64,000 nucleotides of DNA from positions 125,031 to 189,030 of the forward strand of contig JBNGIO010005800.1 of the NCBI GenBank assembly GCA_049999805.1, read 5' to 3'. The notes below the pieces were generated by a model that did no database searches, was not told where the DNA came from, and worked only from the letters and a program-made list of their open reading frames with translations. A program made the translations under genes and the position numbers. Below, piece after piece: positions 25,922-38,959 of the stretch (its first letter is position 1; each line of letters starts with the position of its first letter). This DNA is from Folioceros fuciformis (lineage: Eukaryota).

Positions 25922-28900
25922 GGCTGCTGCAGCTGCTTCGCCTATGGTCTCCACGCCCGTCTTAAAGGCAGTGGAGCGTAATGTCAGTCCAGTCCCGTCT
26001 GACACGGCACGGCACGGTTTGGTTTTATCTACACTCTGATCGAGGTTCTTTCCCCTGTCGTAGACTGCCATTTCCTACGCTGGTTCAGAGTCGGGACAGT
26101 GGACGGACGTAGATCGAACCTTCGTCGCCGGTGTCTCAGCGCTATACGCTGTATGCCGGTCGGCCAACGGTCTCAAACCTTGTCTTAAATTTGTCTATTT
26201 GTGCGCGCCCACCAATGGCTTCCAGCCTGTTGTCATGTCTGAAAGCGAGCTTCATTGGATTGATCTGGATTCCTGGGACACGTCTCGGGAATTGGGGCGG
26301 GCAGAATCGTGCACAAGGATACAGAATGAAAAACGATTGACCTGCCGTCAGCGATGGACAACTTAGTAGGTGCCTGCACGTGGCCTGACACGATGATATT
26401 ATTAAGAGAGAATTTTGTGTAGAGAGGGTTTGTCTAGATATTCGCTTTCTGACATAGAATACGTTGATGCTCCGGATCCTTCCATATTGCTGTGACAGAT
26501 TGCTTCAGGCTTCCGATCGACCATGACTTGTATCCTTCATCGTGTTTCTGGAGCCCGACGAAGAGTCCGCTTCATGCGGACTATTGGAGAACGACAAGGG
26601 AAGCGGAGTCAATCAGGAGGATAATACAAAGCAATGCAGGGACGATGAGGCATTTCTGTCACACCGGACGAGGTTATAATGGCGACTCTTTATTGTCTGA
26701 TGGCTTGAAAGCCACAGGCATGCCGATGAACAACACGAATTACGCGCTGCACTTGAAGTTTGCATACCTTGGTTTGGTTTGTGAAGGCCATAACCCAAGA
26801 TTTGGAGTCTTTGTCGCCTGCCGCAAGACTAAGGGCTTTAGGGTTTATGATCGTCATCTGACCAATGTTCGGCCTGAAATCACCAATATTGGATTATATT
26901 GGAGTAGGAGAGTTGGCCAAGGATGCACACATTGTGCGCATGATCAGGTCAGTGTTCTGGTGTGGACCGGAAGCGCCAGGGAATACCTTTCAATGTGTGT
27001 ACCAAGACGCCGTCCGGATTCCAAAGGCTGTCACACTCAGATCATAACCCAGAGACGTGCTTTATCGCACAAGACGGAATTACATGTCATGTAGGTAGCG
27101 AACGTGTGGAGCTTGAACAGCGCTGGCCTCGAGCTTGAACACCGCATGCCTTCTTCAACGATTCGGGGCTCAGCTGATCGAAACTCCCCTCTACGACTCC
27201 ACAGTGCTCACTTGAAGTACTCAATTCTGCTACGCCCCTGCAGGCGGAGCTTTGTTCCTCTTCATAGCCCAAGAGACTCCTTTCAGAATCTGCAGCTAGC
27301 CGCTACCGTCACTTAGGCGTACTGCGTCCGTCCCCCTGGGGAGGGCCACATGCACGGAATGACAGAAGGACGACAGCTCGGGCCACATCATTTCATCATA
27401 AATCCGACATAATCCATTCTCGTCGCCCAAAACTCCACAGCAGTTCCAAGCAGCAGGCGTCCACTGTCGGATCCCATTAGCCTTGGACACACACAACAAT
27501 CGAATTCACACAGCAACTGCTAGCTCCCAGAGCCTCGGATCGTTCTTCGGGACACTCGCTAGGGAGGAGAAGGAAGTGGCAGTTTTCTCACTTCAACCGG
27601 CTTGCAAAACATCCCAGTTTTGGAGTGCTCGCAATCCATGGCGGGCCGGTGCAGTATAGAGGAGGATACTGTGTGCTTCTGTTCTGCCTGCTTCTGGCGG
27701 GATTCTTCGAGGAGGAGGGTATGGTCGGAAGGCGGGCATGGCAGTTGGTACAGCGAAGGATCCGGGAGGACCGGATCAACGCATGCAGCTCAACGCTTGA
27801 CCGTGACCGATGGGACTCGGACGGCCGGGTAGCCAATGTGATTTCCGTGAGCACTTAAGTGGAAACGACATCAGTCGATTCCTATCATGCCGGAGAGCAA
27901 GCTCGAGGGGCTGGCGATGGTGGGCGGAAGCTTGCCTTGCCGCCGGATCAACGGCCTCCAGCTCAAGGGGAAAATCCCGAGTTCAAGCCGGAAGCAGCCA
28001 AGAAGACCACAAATTTTCTTTCGGTTCTTTCAGGAACTCTTTGGGATTCTTCCCCTTGAACTATTCATCCGGTGGCAAGGCTGCTTGGCTGCTTCCGGCT
28101 TCTGCCTTTCGATAACATGGCTACGAACTACGTATACTGTTCCCACTCGTAGAAGGTTCACATTCCACCAGTAAGTCTTAGTACGCCTCAACACTCTCTG
28201 TGGGCTCGAGCCCGGAGTTCTTTCTGAGCTTCTGAACCCTCTGACAATCTGATCCGGCTCTTGCAGAGATAAGCAGCAAACCCTGCTTGACCTGCAATAA
28301 GCAGTTGACACAAGTTGCAATTCAAACTCAACCCAGGTTGGAAGGGCGAGCGCTTTACTCCGCTTCCAACTCCAGGTTCAACAAGCCAGACTGTCATCCA
28401 ACGCAAGCAAACACGCCTTGTAGATCCAACGCAAGCAAAACATCAGCTGCACACAAAATCAGCGACATAAGTAACCAAAGGCGAACAAACATGCTCAATG
28501 CTAGCAACCCTTTGCGAAAATTGGTGACACGAATACCATCTCCTGCAACACCAACGTCTCCTGCCCTAACCCCACTGGCAGGACCGATGACCTGGAACCA
28601 TTCCCAGAGGCCACCAAAAACCTAATCTGATACGACACATTGCATTCCGAGCCTTGATATCTCTATCAGCGAGCTTGTGCTCAGCAGAAGTAGAGGTAAT
28701 CAGTGGATGTAGCATATGCGACCTGATGTAACTTGACCATCATCATCATCACGAGAGGGACAGAGAGTGAGCTCCACGCAAAGTTGACATGTATGCAAGA
28801 TGTGGGAAGCCAGAGGTTGCGGGACAGGTTCTTGACTTGATGCCTGAGTGGGGTGCGGTACAACGGAATACTATAGTAGCTGGATACAGTCACAGCGGAA

Positions 28901-29748
28901 CGGACTAGGCCAGATTGCCCTCAACTTTATTACACTGTGACAGATGAAACTGCGAAATGTGATCTGGAGATCACGCGGAGACACCCATGGGAGACAGTGC
29001 TGTTTTGTCGAGGCTGAGGACATGATCCTGTTTCATGGCAGAAATGAAGTCCACGAGGGAAACAGATGAGTTCTGCTTGCCCAGTTGTTGTTTGGAAGGT
29101 GAGTTTTCAAGTCGTGTGGTCAGCAGGAGCACAACAGATACAGGAGATGAGACGTTCTAGAACAAACATTCTTGCTGGACAGGAGATTAGGGGATCCGAG
29201 AGATCTTCCTCGCCGCCCCGCAGTAACTTACGAGACAACTGCTCAAGAGGGTAATATATTGCCACAGCTTCTGCTGTGCAACTGAGCGGCCCGATGTGGG
29301 ATGCTTGTTGAGCCAAGCTAGCTAGGCTAGACTAGTCTCGGCTCTCCACTCCTCACGCTCAAGTTGGCTCTTACAGTTATATCCCATTGACATGGTCCCC
29401 GTTGGTGTTGGTTTTGCATGACTAAACTTTGTTAAATTTGTGGCGCGCAAGTCTAGGCAGATGACGGTGTGAAGTGGCGCGGGCCATGCAATTGGCATAT
29501 TCAAGATCGCTGGGACGAGTGGCATTGTGACCAACTGGCAGTGATGCCGGAGTGGAATGGGAGATGCAGCCCGGAACTTGCCAACTGACAGTAGTGTACA
29601 TGTGTAGATTGCCCGATACAGATGTATCCGCACTGCTCTTGGGAGTACAAATGCGGGCACCCACTGCTGCGTTTCTCACCCTCCGGCACTCGGTGTCTGG
29701 GGAACGTTGTCCTGGATTGTAGATACCAGATCTGCATTGGTAGTTGCA

Positions 29749-31606
29749 ATGGCCATGGGTCGCTCTGTATTTTGGGTGTTGGGTTGGCTCCTGCTTGCGT
29801 CCTTGGCCACCGGCGAGCGTCAGGAGCTTCGGCTGGGAGAGCCGGAGGAGTTGTTCCGCACTGATGGAGGTCGGGTGGAGCAATGGCAACCCGATAACCG
29901 GGCTCTGAGAAATGCTAACGTTGCATCCGCCAGGGTCGTGCTCAAGCAACGTGGTCTGTTCCTGCCCAAGTATTCTGATTCTGCGGCCGTCGGGTATGTG
30001 GAAGAAGGTGAGAGCACAGCAGCTAGAAGGTGAATGTCAATGCTCAAGATCAGATCGTTCTTGAAGACTTGACGTCCAACTCAAAGGTTTGTCTCCTGTC
30101 GATCCCGCCTGAATGTGCAGGTGAGGGCATTGTGGGCGTTCTGAGCGGCTACGCTGAAAGCTCCAGAATCCGTAGGGTAAGGCGCGGCGATGTCGTTGCC
30201 CTACCTCGGGGAGTAGCTTCATGGTGATACAACAGCGGCAGGGAGGAGCTCCGCATCAGCGGCTTCGCCGACACATCTGCATCAGAGAACGGGGAGTACA
30301 ATGTGAGCTCTTGAGCACTGCGTATCCTTGTGGAGATGGGCTCGCAAATTTGATAAGTGGGTGGGAGGGAGTGGAGTTGTGGATCTCAAATAGTGTGTGC
30401 TGGATGCGGAGGCGTTCTATCTGGCCGGCGGAGGCCGAGGTGAAGGCAAGAGGAAGCTGAGGCGGAGGAAAGACGGCGAGCGCGAACGTGAACGTGAACG
30501 GGAGGAACGCGAGCGACGTGAAGAGGAACGGGAACGTCAGCGTCAGCGGGAACGGCGACGTGAAGATCGCAGGCGCCGAGGTCGCGGAAGGGAGCAGGAG
30601 GAGCATGGATCCCTTCTCCACGGTTTCAAGAGGGAGTTTTTGGCTGAGGCTTGGGATTTGGACGAGGGCAGAGTGGACGAGCTGCTGGACAGTCAGAGGG
30701 GCTCGGCTATCGTCTTGGTTGATCGTGAAATCAGCCTTCCCGAGTTTGAGCGGGAGCAGGAGTTCAACAGGGAGGAGGGTCGCAGCATCTCCCGATCCGC
30801 CGAGAGGGCCGATGCTCATCTCCGCGAGTACCTGGCCAACGGAGAGTTCGTGTTCAACGTTCGCGAAGGATCTGCTGATGTGCGTGTCCGCGATGCTGGT
30901 TTCTACAACTGCGTTAACAGGTTCAAGCTGCCCATCCTCGAGGCTGTCGACTTGGGTCTCACTTATGGCCGTCTGGAGAACGTATGGCACCCTTCGTTTG
31001 ACGGCTTGTCTGCAAAATTTACAGCTTCTTGTGATTTCTCACAGATCCGGGTTGTGGGTTCTACTTTCTGCAGAATGCAATCCTGGCTCCCCAGTGGTCG
31101 CCCACGGGACATGAGGTGGTGCACATCTTGAGGGGCAATGGGAACTTGCAGGTAGTGGGGAACAATGGAGAGCAGCTTGTGGACAGGAAAGTGCGGGAAG
31201 GCGAAGCGTACGTGATTCCCCGTTTCCATGCACACGGCATTCAGGCTGGCAACGAGGGCTTGGAGTGGATCAGCTTCTACACCACCGACCAGTGAGTGTA
31301 GAAGCTATTGCTCTTTTTTGCAGTGCAGTGCTGTGCTGTGTTGTGCTGGTGGTTTTGTCTGCTACCTGATGTCGCTCAGAGCCGTCTTGTTCACTTGCTG
31401 GATATGGGATGTGCAGGCCCCTTGTGGAAGCTCTTGATGGCAGGACCTCCGTGCTGAGGAAACTTCAGGAGGAAGTGGCAGCGGCAGCCTTCAACATCGA
31501 TGTTGCGCAGGTGCGTGAAGCAAGAGAGACTCGGAGGGCGGAGGAGCCGCTTCTGCTGCCAGCTGGAGAGCGCCAGAGGAAGCATTCCTTCCTCGCTACC
31601 TTCTGA
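29749..31606 (+). pseudogene. 11S globulin/legumin-like bicupin storage protein, copy 1 (5 exons, one in-frame TGA)
   Basis: Exons 29749-30007, 30121-30302, 30412-30981, 31074-31291 and 31417-31606. Signal peptide; RGLFLPKYSDS, VRRGDVVALPRGVASW*YN, FYLAG, LLHGF..EFLAEAW, ILAPQWS, EGEAYVIPRF, LEWISFYT, SVLR.L..EVAAAAFN. TGA at 30225-27 where paralogs have Trp; intron 2 acceptor is GAG. Confidence 0.85.
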
Positions 31607-32817
31607 GGACCTGCAGAAACGGTTCTAATTAAGCTTGTCCAACCAAGTGTAAGGTGGACAACAGTGCTCCACAAGCTTTGTAGTAGAAACCGCCAAGCAA
31701 GTCCTAAGAGTGTGCGAGGGGTAGGACAGTTTTGTTGTGCTAGCCAGCAACCGGCAACGGGGGAGTGAGTGTTCCGATGTTGCGCTTAAGAGGATGTTAG
31801 CCGTTCTATGTTAATAGACAGCTAGCTTTTGAGGAAAGCACCAGAACAGAGTTTGCGTTTAGCACCGCCCCATGGTGATCATCTTTTGTGCCCCTTAATG
31901 TGCCGATCGATCGAGTAGGCAAACTTCTTGCTCTCTTCTGTGTCCACTCTTATCGATCGACAGGCATACCCTTTTCTCTCATTTAGTAGGCCAATTTGTG
32001 CCTCTCGAATGATTTTTCAGGGTTGTAATCAGTAGTCGGACAGTTTTTCTGTAGTCCTGCGCTTTGCTGCAAACGAAACCATCAGATGATACAGGTTTGA
32101 GACAGCCTAGAGTTGCCTCACAAAACTTGCGTGTGAGAGCCTAGAGCTGCCTCATACAAAACTTCAGGGAACTGAGGGCCTCTCGTTAATGACAAGTTGT
32201 TTATAATCATGTAAGCCATGACAAAGCAAGCATCCAGCTGGTCCCAGATGAGAGTGAGTCAGGTACGTGAAAATGACTGTTTGTGAAGATGTGCGGGGCT
32301 TTCGATGACCTTTGGAGACTGATCGCGGTGGCAGCCGGTTAGTCCTGCTTCTCAATTCAAACTTTTGGAGATCCACTGCACAGTACAGCAGAGTACAGTT
32401 GCTCTTCAGATTCTCAGTTCACACAGGGCGAGAACGTAGCTGTAAGCGTGTCCTGGCACCACAACAGATGCCTACGACGTGTCGTCTTGTTTGTGGAGTG
32501 ATGGGAAGGGGAGAATGCTGCAGAAGCCCACAAACTTCCATCAGGACAAGTGCATCCACGAGCTCGCCAGGGTTGCCTGTGTCGAATATTCGACAACGAG
32601 TACTTCTGGAGTGGCCTCTTAGCTAGCTTGCGTCTCTCGTAACTCGGACAGAGGTGGAAAACTGCCAGTGTTACTGCATGTTGAGTGCATTTTCCATATC
32701 CTCCCCTGCCCTCCACTTCTACAAATGCTGCTCGCCTCGTCCGGCTCTTTCATCTAGCTAGCATCTCAGCTTGTTCCCTCTGGTACCCACATCGTCCATC
32801 TAGGAGCTGTGGTCACC

Positions 32818-34532
32818 ATGGGTGGCTCTTTGGCTTTGGTCTTGAGCCTCCTGCTTGTGGCAAGCTTTGGAAGGGCCCACCATGAAGAGCTCCGACTCGA
32901 TGAGCCCCACCGGACCCTGACGACCGATGGAGGGCAGATTGAAGAATGGGACGTTCGGGTTCTGAGAGATGCCAATGTCGCAGAAGCCAGGATCACTCTC
33001 AGGCCGCGTGGCCTGCTACTGCCACAGTAATCTGATTCCGCTTCCGTAGGGTATGTGGAGCAAGGTGAGTATGACATGACAAGGTTTCTAGATAGACCTT
33101 GTCAAAATCCGAGGTAGGATCATTGGATCGGGCCGCATCTGCATTGCACAGCAGCAGCAGCAGGACGTTCGTTAACGTCTAATAGATGCTCCTTAAAACG
33201 CAGGAGAGGGCATTGTGGGTCTTTTGAGCGGCTACTCCTTGGGCGAATCGTCTGCAGTCCGCCGTGTGAGGCGTGGCGATTTTGTTGTATTTCCCCGAGG
33301 AGTTGCAGGATGGTGGTATAGCAGTGGCAACGAAGAGCTCCGCACTCTGTGGATGTCCGACACATCTGCTTCACACGACGGTGATTACCATGTAAGTGTT
33401 TCCAGATGTACCAGTAAAGTTGCACAGCAATTGAGCAATTCTCACGACTCCAAGACGGGCTGCTGCAGTCGTTCGCTCTCATCGGCGGAGAAATCCGGAA
33501 AAGCAGGGGGGAACGTCGCCGGGAACGGGAATACGAGCGTGAGGAACGGGGACAGGGGGAATTCAGAGGAGCTCTCCACGGCTTCAGGAGGGAATCCCTG
33601 GCTGATGCCTGGGCCCTGGACGAGAGCCAAGTGGACGAGCTGCTGGACAGTCAGAGGGACGCTGGAATTGTGCTGGTTGAGCGTGAGATCAGCCTTCCGG
33701 AACAGACCAACAGGGAAGAAGGCCGCAGCTTCTCTCAATCCACCGAGCGGACCGACCCCGACCTCCGAGAATACCTCGCGAATGGGGATTTCGTTTACAA
33801 CGTTAGAGAGGGATCTGCCGATGTGCGCGTTTTGGATACAGGATTCTACAACAGTGTGAACAGGTTCAAGTTGCCCATCCTCAAGGCTGTGGATCTGGGT
33901 CTCACATACGGCCGTCTTGAGAGCGTACATGCTCACAACCACCGGTCGCCTTCAATTCTTATTGACCCGCATGATCGGCAGTTCTCTGATTAAATGATCC
34001 CTCGTCTGTTGCTGGATGTATGCAGAAAGCCATCTTGGCTCCCCAGTGGTCACCCACCGGACACGAAGTCGTCCACATCCTGAGGGGCAGCGCTAATCTG
34101 CAGATCGTTAGCAACAACGGGGAGCAGCTTCCGAATAGTGAAGTGAGGGAGGGCGACGCCTACGTGGTTCCCCGTTACTATGCCCACGGCGTCCAGGCCG
34201 GCGACGAAGGCCTGGAATGGATCAGCTTCTACACCACCGACCAGTGAGTATCCTAACGAATCGTTTCCAGGTCTCTTCTGCATTTGAAAATGCATTCCAC
34301 TGACCAGTACTTGCATTTGCATTCTAGACCTCTTGTTGAGGCTCTTGCAGGCAGAACATCCGTGCTGAGGCAGCTCCCAGAGGACGTGGCCGCTGCAGCT
34401 TTCAACATTGATATCGAGCAGCTCCGAGAAGCTAGAGAAACCCGAAGGGAGCGTGAAGCTCTATTGCTGCCAGCTGCAGGCCGCCACCGCCACAAGAAGC
34501 CTTCTTTCGTCAGCAGGTTCCTCAAGTTGTAA
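32818..34532 (+). pseudogene. 11S globulin/legumin-like bicupin storage protein, copy 2 (5 exons, one in-frame TAA)
   Basis: Exons 32818-33064, 33204-33391, 33469-33924, 34026-34243 and 34328-34532; same motifs as copy 1. TAA at 33028-30 where paralogs have Tyr (PKYSDS). Confidence 0.85.
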
Positions 34533-35029
34533 AAGGCTTCTTATGGGATGAGAGCAAAACGAGGCTGGAGTCCCTTAGGAAAAAAGATGCGCAGAGCAGA
34601 GCGAGAGCAAGCTGAAAACTGAAGCTGCACTGTAACCTGAAGTGTATTAAGATCTGAGAGAACCTTTGTTTCCGCTCTTTGGTCTTGGACCAGTTCTTCG
34701 TTGCTCTCTCTGGGATCTGAGAGACATCGTCCATGTCGCAGCAGCGAGGATCAATCTCAGGCCTCTCGATGCCGTTTTCTATGCTCTCTCATCAGTCGAA
34801 TGCTTTTCCTCCACAAGTAACTCAGCAAACAAGATGTAAGTTCATCCATCCTCTGATAGGTATGGGTGCAAATTGAGACACTGGCAGGAGACTCCCATCT
34901 TCTATCCGGTTGATAGGAAGAGTCTAAAATCGCTGCACTTTAGAAAACTTAAAGCAAATGACAGCAAACATGTTTCTTTTGGGATTTCTTTTTGGTCACA
35001 TTCCATGCTGGCCTCTCCGCTCTGTTGTC

Positions 35030-35230
35030 CAACAATGTCGCAATGTTGGCCTCCTTGTCCAGTCCATGGGACAATGCCACAATACACCACAATGCCAGCA
35101 TTCAATGCAAATGCTGGCCATGGAGCAATGGACACTGCCCACAATGCATTGCCACTGGCGACGGACAATGCCCACATTGCTGGCAACGGACATTGCCCAC
35201 AATGCGCTACAATGCCACATTGCAAGGACC
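35030..35230. repeat. Low-complexity CAATG(C/Y)-rich degenerate repeat
   Basis: Repeated caatgcca/cacaatgc/cattgc motifs at the start of an AT-rich block. Confidence 0.6.
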
Positions 35231-35704
35231 GGGTTTCGATTTTAGCTCACAATTTCGGTTTGTTCTTCCTATGCTCGCATATTGTCCAAGATTTCTCACA
35301 AAGTTGATAGTTAATGTATGTAATGTTCTCTATTTCTTGTAGGATGTTGTCGATTTTTTTTTAATTTTCCATTATTCTTTTATTTGTGTTATTGTATTCT
35401 TCCCTTGGTCTTTGCAAGTTTTGTTAGCCTCAAAAGAAATAAAATCGTTTGTATGAATTCTGAAAAGGAAAGAAAAACACACTGTATACTTGCCTTAGAA
35501 CACTAGGTTTCACTTATAGCAAGCATGAAGCACTCACCAAAAATGCGAGATACTCTTATTTTTTCCACAATTACATGAGGAATAATAATTTTACCTCCAC
35601 AATCTTGCAATAGTAGTTCTTTTGTGATCTCTAGTCAACCCCAATGAATTATTGCTAGTTGGGCACTGGTGGAAAAAGCCTAATATTGTTAGAAGAAGGC
35701 AGAC

Positions 35705-35960
35705 GTCATTAGAGAGGAGTTTGCGCATCATTAGAGAGGAGTTTGCGCGTCATTAGAGAGGAGTTTGCGTTGCCAACTTGCCATCTTAGATTCATCTTTA
35801 GTTGGCAGCAGAAATGCATGGACAAATAGGAGATTGCTTTGCCAACTTACCATCTTAGATTCATCTTTAGTTGGCAGCAAAAATGTATGGACAAATAGAA
35901 GATTGCTTTGCCAACTTACCATCTTAGATTCATCTTTAGTTGGCTGTTGCATGGACAAAG
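35705..35960. repeat. ~23-bp x3 repeat followed by 69-bp x3 tandem repeat
   Basis: CATTAGAGAGGAGTTTGCG x3, then TGCCAACTT(G/A)CCATCTTAGATTCATCTTTAGTTGGC... starting at 35771, 35840 and 35909. Confidence 0.9.
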
Positions 35961-36216
35961 GAACCAAGCAAGCACTATTCACACAGGCTAAGGCACTCTC
36001 ACTTAATGGTTTGGATGTCTCTGATTTTGAAGAAGTAGGTATTTTCTATTATTGAAAAAGAGATGGAAAGTCCTATCTACTACAAAGATTGGAGGAACAA
36101 CCCATTAGGGACAAAGGCTAAAAGGGGTACTAGTTCCTTCAAATATCATTCTCAAAAACTACCTAACTCCAAAATGTCATGATGTAGAATAACCAAAGCC
36201 TACCTACCACCGATGC

Positions 36217-36560
36217 TCAAGAAACTCCTTGACCTGCACTTGTTGCTATTTTAGAAATCGCATTGGTTAATGCTCGTTGTAAAGCAATGAATATGCCTTG
36301 TCGAAAGAAGGCCACCACAATGGAAAGAGGGAGAACAACATTCCTATTACTTTGATAAACCTTGGTGTACTCCTTGATAAACCTTGAAAAATCTTTGCCC
36401 ATAGCCATATGAGTCTCAAAAGCAAAGGGATGAAACCTTGAAAAGTCTTCGCCCATAACCATATGAGTCTCAAAAGCAGAGGGATGAAAGTATGCTCGTC
36501 TTGCACGAGAGAATACTTATGGACTTTGGCACTTACATAACCCTCCGCCACCCAACAAGG
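36217..36560 (-). mobile_element. Relic C-terminal restriction-like endonuclease region of a CRE/R2-type non-LTR retrotransposon
   Basis: Fragments K..KY....HTF, FHPFAFETHMAMG..FSRFI...VVAFFRQGIFIALQRALTNAI resemble the F.P...ET.G..G / QR.SIALQR..A motif. Internal 54-bp duplication and frameshifts. Confidence 0.55.
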
Positions 36561-36969
36561 GGAATTGATGATGATGTGCTCACACTATAACAACCACATC
36601 AGGAACACAAACTTCTTTCTCCCTAGTGAAAAAAGCTCAGCTTTAAGTGAAATCCATGCTAAGTACATGGATGCTCCTTATACAAAAGAAACCTATACTC
36701 TCCAAACTAATATGGGTGGCAATGCGGTGCTTCCACCACTATATATTTCCAAAAATTACAAGGCATAGAACTCATACAGGTACCGGCTCTCCCGCCACTA
36801 TACAATTCCAAAAATTACAAGGTATGAACTCATATAGGTACCTGTAGAATGGCTCTCCCGCTACAAATGGTGAGGAAAACCAGAGAGGAAAAGCAGAGCG
36901 TGAGGTGATAACAATGGAGCAGCCGTGGAATAACAATCGAGCAGGTCCGAGAGTCTGAGGATACTCGAA

Positions 36970-37130
36970 TGTCCCTAGAAAGCAGCTTGAGGCTGTGTTG
37001 CTGCCTGCTGCACACCGGCACCGCCAGAGGAAGGCTTTTTTCGTCAGCTGGTTCTCAATTTTTAAAGGGTATGGGGAAAGAGGATAACGAGCCTGACTCC
37101 CGTAGAGCAAGCCGGATAAAGAAGGGTATG
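36970..37130 (+). pseudogene. 3'-end remnant of a further globulin-like gene
   Basis: Translates to RKQLEAVLLPAAHRHRQRKAFFVSWFS vs copy 2 REREALLLPAAGRHRHKKPSFVSRFL; downstream sequence resembles the copy 2 3'UTR. Confidence 0.7.
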
Positions 37131-38097
37131 GAGAAAGAGACAACGAGCCTCAGTCCCGTAGAGGAGAACGCATACAGAAGTCAGAGAACGATTGGCTTTT
37201 ACGTTATAGCATTGACACAGATTTTCTCCAGTGATTTCAACTGACAGACAGCCTCGATGCCTTCCAGCCACAGTTCCCAAAGTTGGAGGAAGCAAAACAA
37301 GTGACTGAAAAAAGACTTGGTCACTTTATCCTTGGTCCTGTGATCCTAGTTTCGCAGTCTGTGAGTGCAGCTGCGAGCCCTGCGTGTAAGGAACCATTTC
37401 TTCCGCATGCCTTCAGAAGGCCAGCAAACGTACAATGATCGGATCCGAGCGCGGTGGAAGTAAGAAAAAGAAACTGAACGGTTCGGATGTCTCCAATTTT
37501 GAAGATGTCATGCTGTGGAGTGCACTGAAAGTATGCAGTCATTCGGGTGGCTCTCTTGGTCTGTGCAATGTTGGGAGCGGCAACTTTATCTGCCCGTTTT
37601 CGGCTTGCTGTACGTATACACCAAGAGCAAGAGTGCTTGATTGGGACATTGCAGGAGATGAACAAGTTTTAGGATTGCGCATTATTCCGTCTTTGGAAAC
37701 AACTAGCGGGCAAGGAATCTGGAAAGCCAAGACGTGCAAGTACGGAAACGCTTCTTCCCAGAGCTTTTAAATCTGCCCCATGGATCCTCAGCCAAGCGTC
37801 ACAAGTCTCTCTCTGTTCCCGCGCAGTGCATCCACTTCAGGGGGCCTGTCACAGCCGGGGCAAGAGCTCTGTCGGAGGCGCATGCGTGTGGAATTTCGTT
37901 CACATTCTGTAACATCTATTCAGGCGCAGTGCATGACATTACAAGAGGGTGCTGGGGCAAGGGCCCTGACGGAGGCGCAAGCCCGTAGAATTCTGTTCAC
38001 ATTCTGGAGCATCGTTTTCATTTCTCCGCCGCAGCAGATCACTGGATTTGCAGCTGCACGGACGTTGTGAGCAAATACACCAGCGCATCTTCCACAT

Positions 38098-38451
38098 ATG
38101 GCCCCGCCTACGTCAGATGTAGATGAACAGGGCTTCGAGGAGACGAGGAAACAAATCTTCAAGATCTTGCGGGACATTAGAATGGAGGAGCTGGAAGATA
38201 AGATAGCCATGGTGCAGCAGAAAATAAAAAAATTGCAAGAGGTGAAGAACAAGCTACGAGAGAGCCTAGATGAGGTGGTGGAAGAAATAAGGGAGAAAGA
38301 AGGCGATCAGAAACGGCTCATTGCCGAGAAGGATAGTCTCGATGCGAAGACATTTTGTCTCGTTGAGTATCAGGAGCTTTTCAAAAGGAGGATGGCCGAT
38401 TTGCAGAGCCTAGAACGATGCAACTTAGGTCAATTCAAACACCATTGGTAA
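38098..38451 (+). CDS. Small predicted coiled-coil protein of unknown function (117 aa)
   Basis: ATG-initiated E/K/L/I-rich ORF with heptad-like pattern; no family recognised. Confidence 0.35.
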   Translation: MAPPTSDVDEQGFEETRKQIFKILRDIRMEELEDKIAMVQQKIKKLQEVKNKLRESLDEVVEEIREKEGDQKRLIAEKDSLDAKTFCLVEYQELFKRRMADLQSLERCNLGQFKHHW

Positions 38452-38959
38452 ACGCTACATTGTTTTTATTTCTTCGTAGACGAGTGAGGTGGTTACTCTC
38501 ATTAGAAAAGGTTGAATATTATAAGCTTTCCACTAAACGATGGAGATCAGCTTTTTGAGCTCTCGGTACACCGGAGGGAGAGCCTTCGTTTTCTTCGCCT
38601 CCTTTTCAATTTCTTGGAATGTACTCAAATTTGAACCTCAGGTTGACGGAACATCTCCATCTGAGATGTTTCATTCTGCATCTACATCTGAGATGTTTCA
38701 TCAGCTTTGAGAGTTTCACGAATCCTTAGCCCGTTTTGTAATTGGATTCAGTTACGTATTTGAGTTTTATCAAATTTTTACTCATTCTATGTTACAAGTT
38801 TGTGGGGATTTCATTCCACCCCATCCTTTTATCTCCGCAACCAAGGAACGAAGATAGAAGCTCCTTGCCATATCTAACTCGCCATGGTAAGCGTTGAAGG
38901 TGCGTGGGACGACATTCATGCAGATGCACAAGTATCATTGCTCGTTGTTAAGGTCGCAT

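Noticed and set aside
27600-28100. Possible LRR gene relic (LSGNDIS, LQLKGKIPSS, LFGILPLEL)
   Set aside because: Only short fragments in different frames; could be chance.
30830-30850. LANGEF as the legumin Asn-Gly maturation site
   Set aside because: Spacing to the downstream conserved block differs from NGLEET, and the intact copy 3 has HG; not supportable without a structural alignment.
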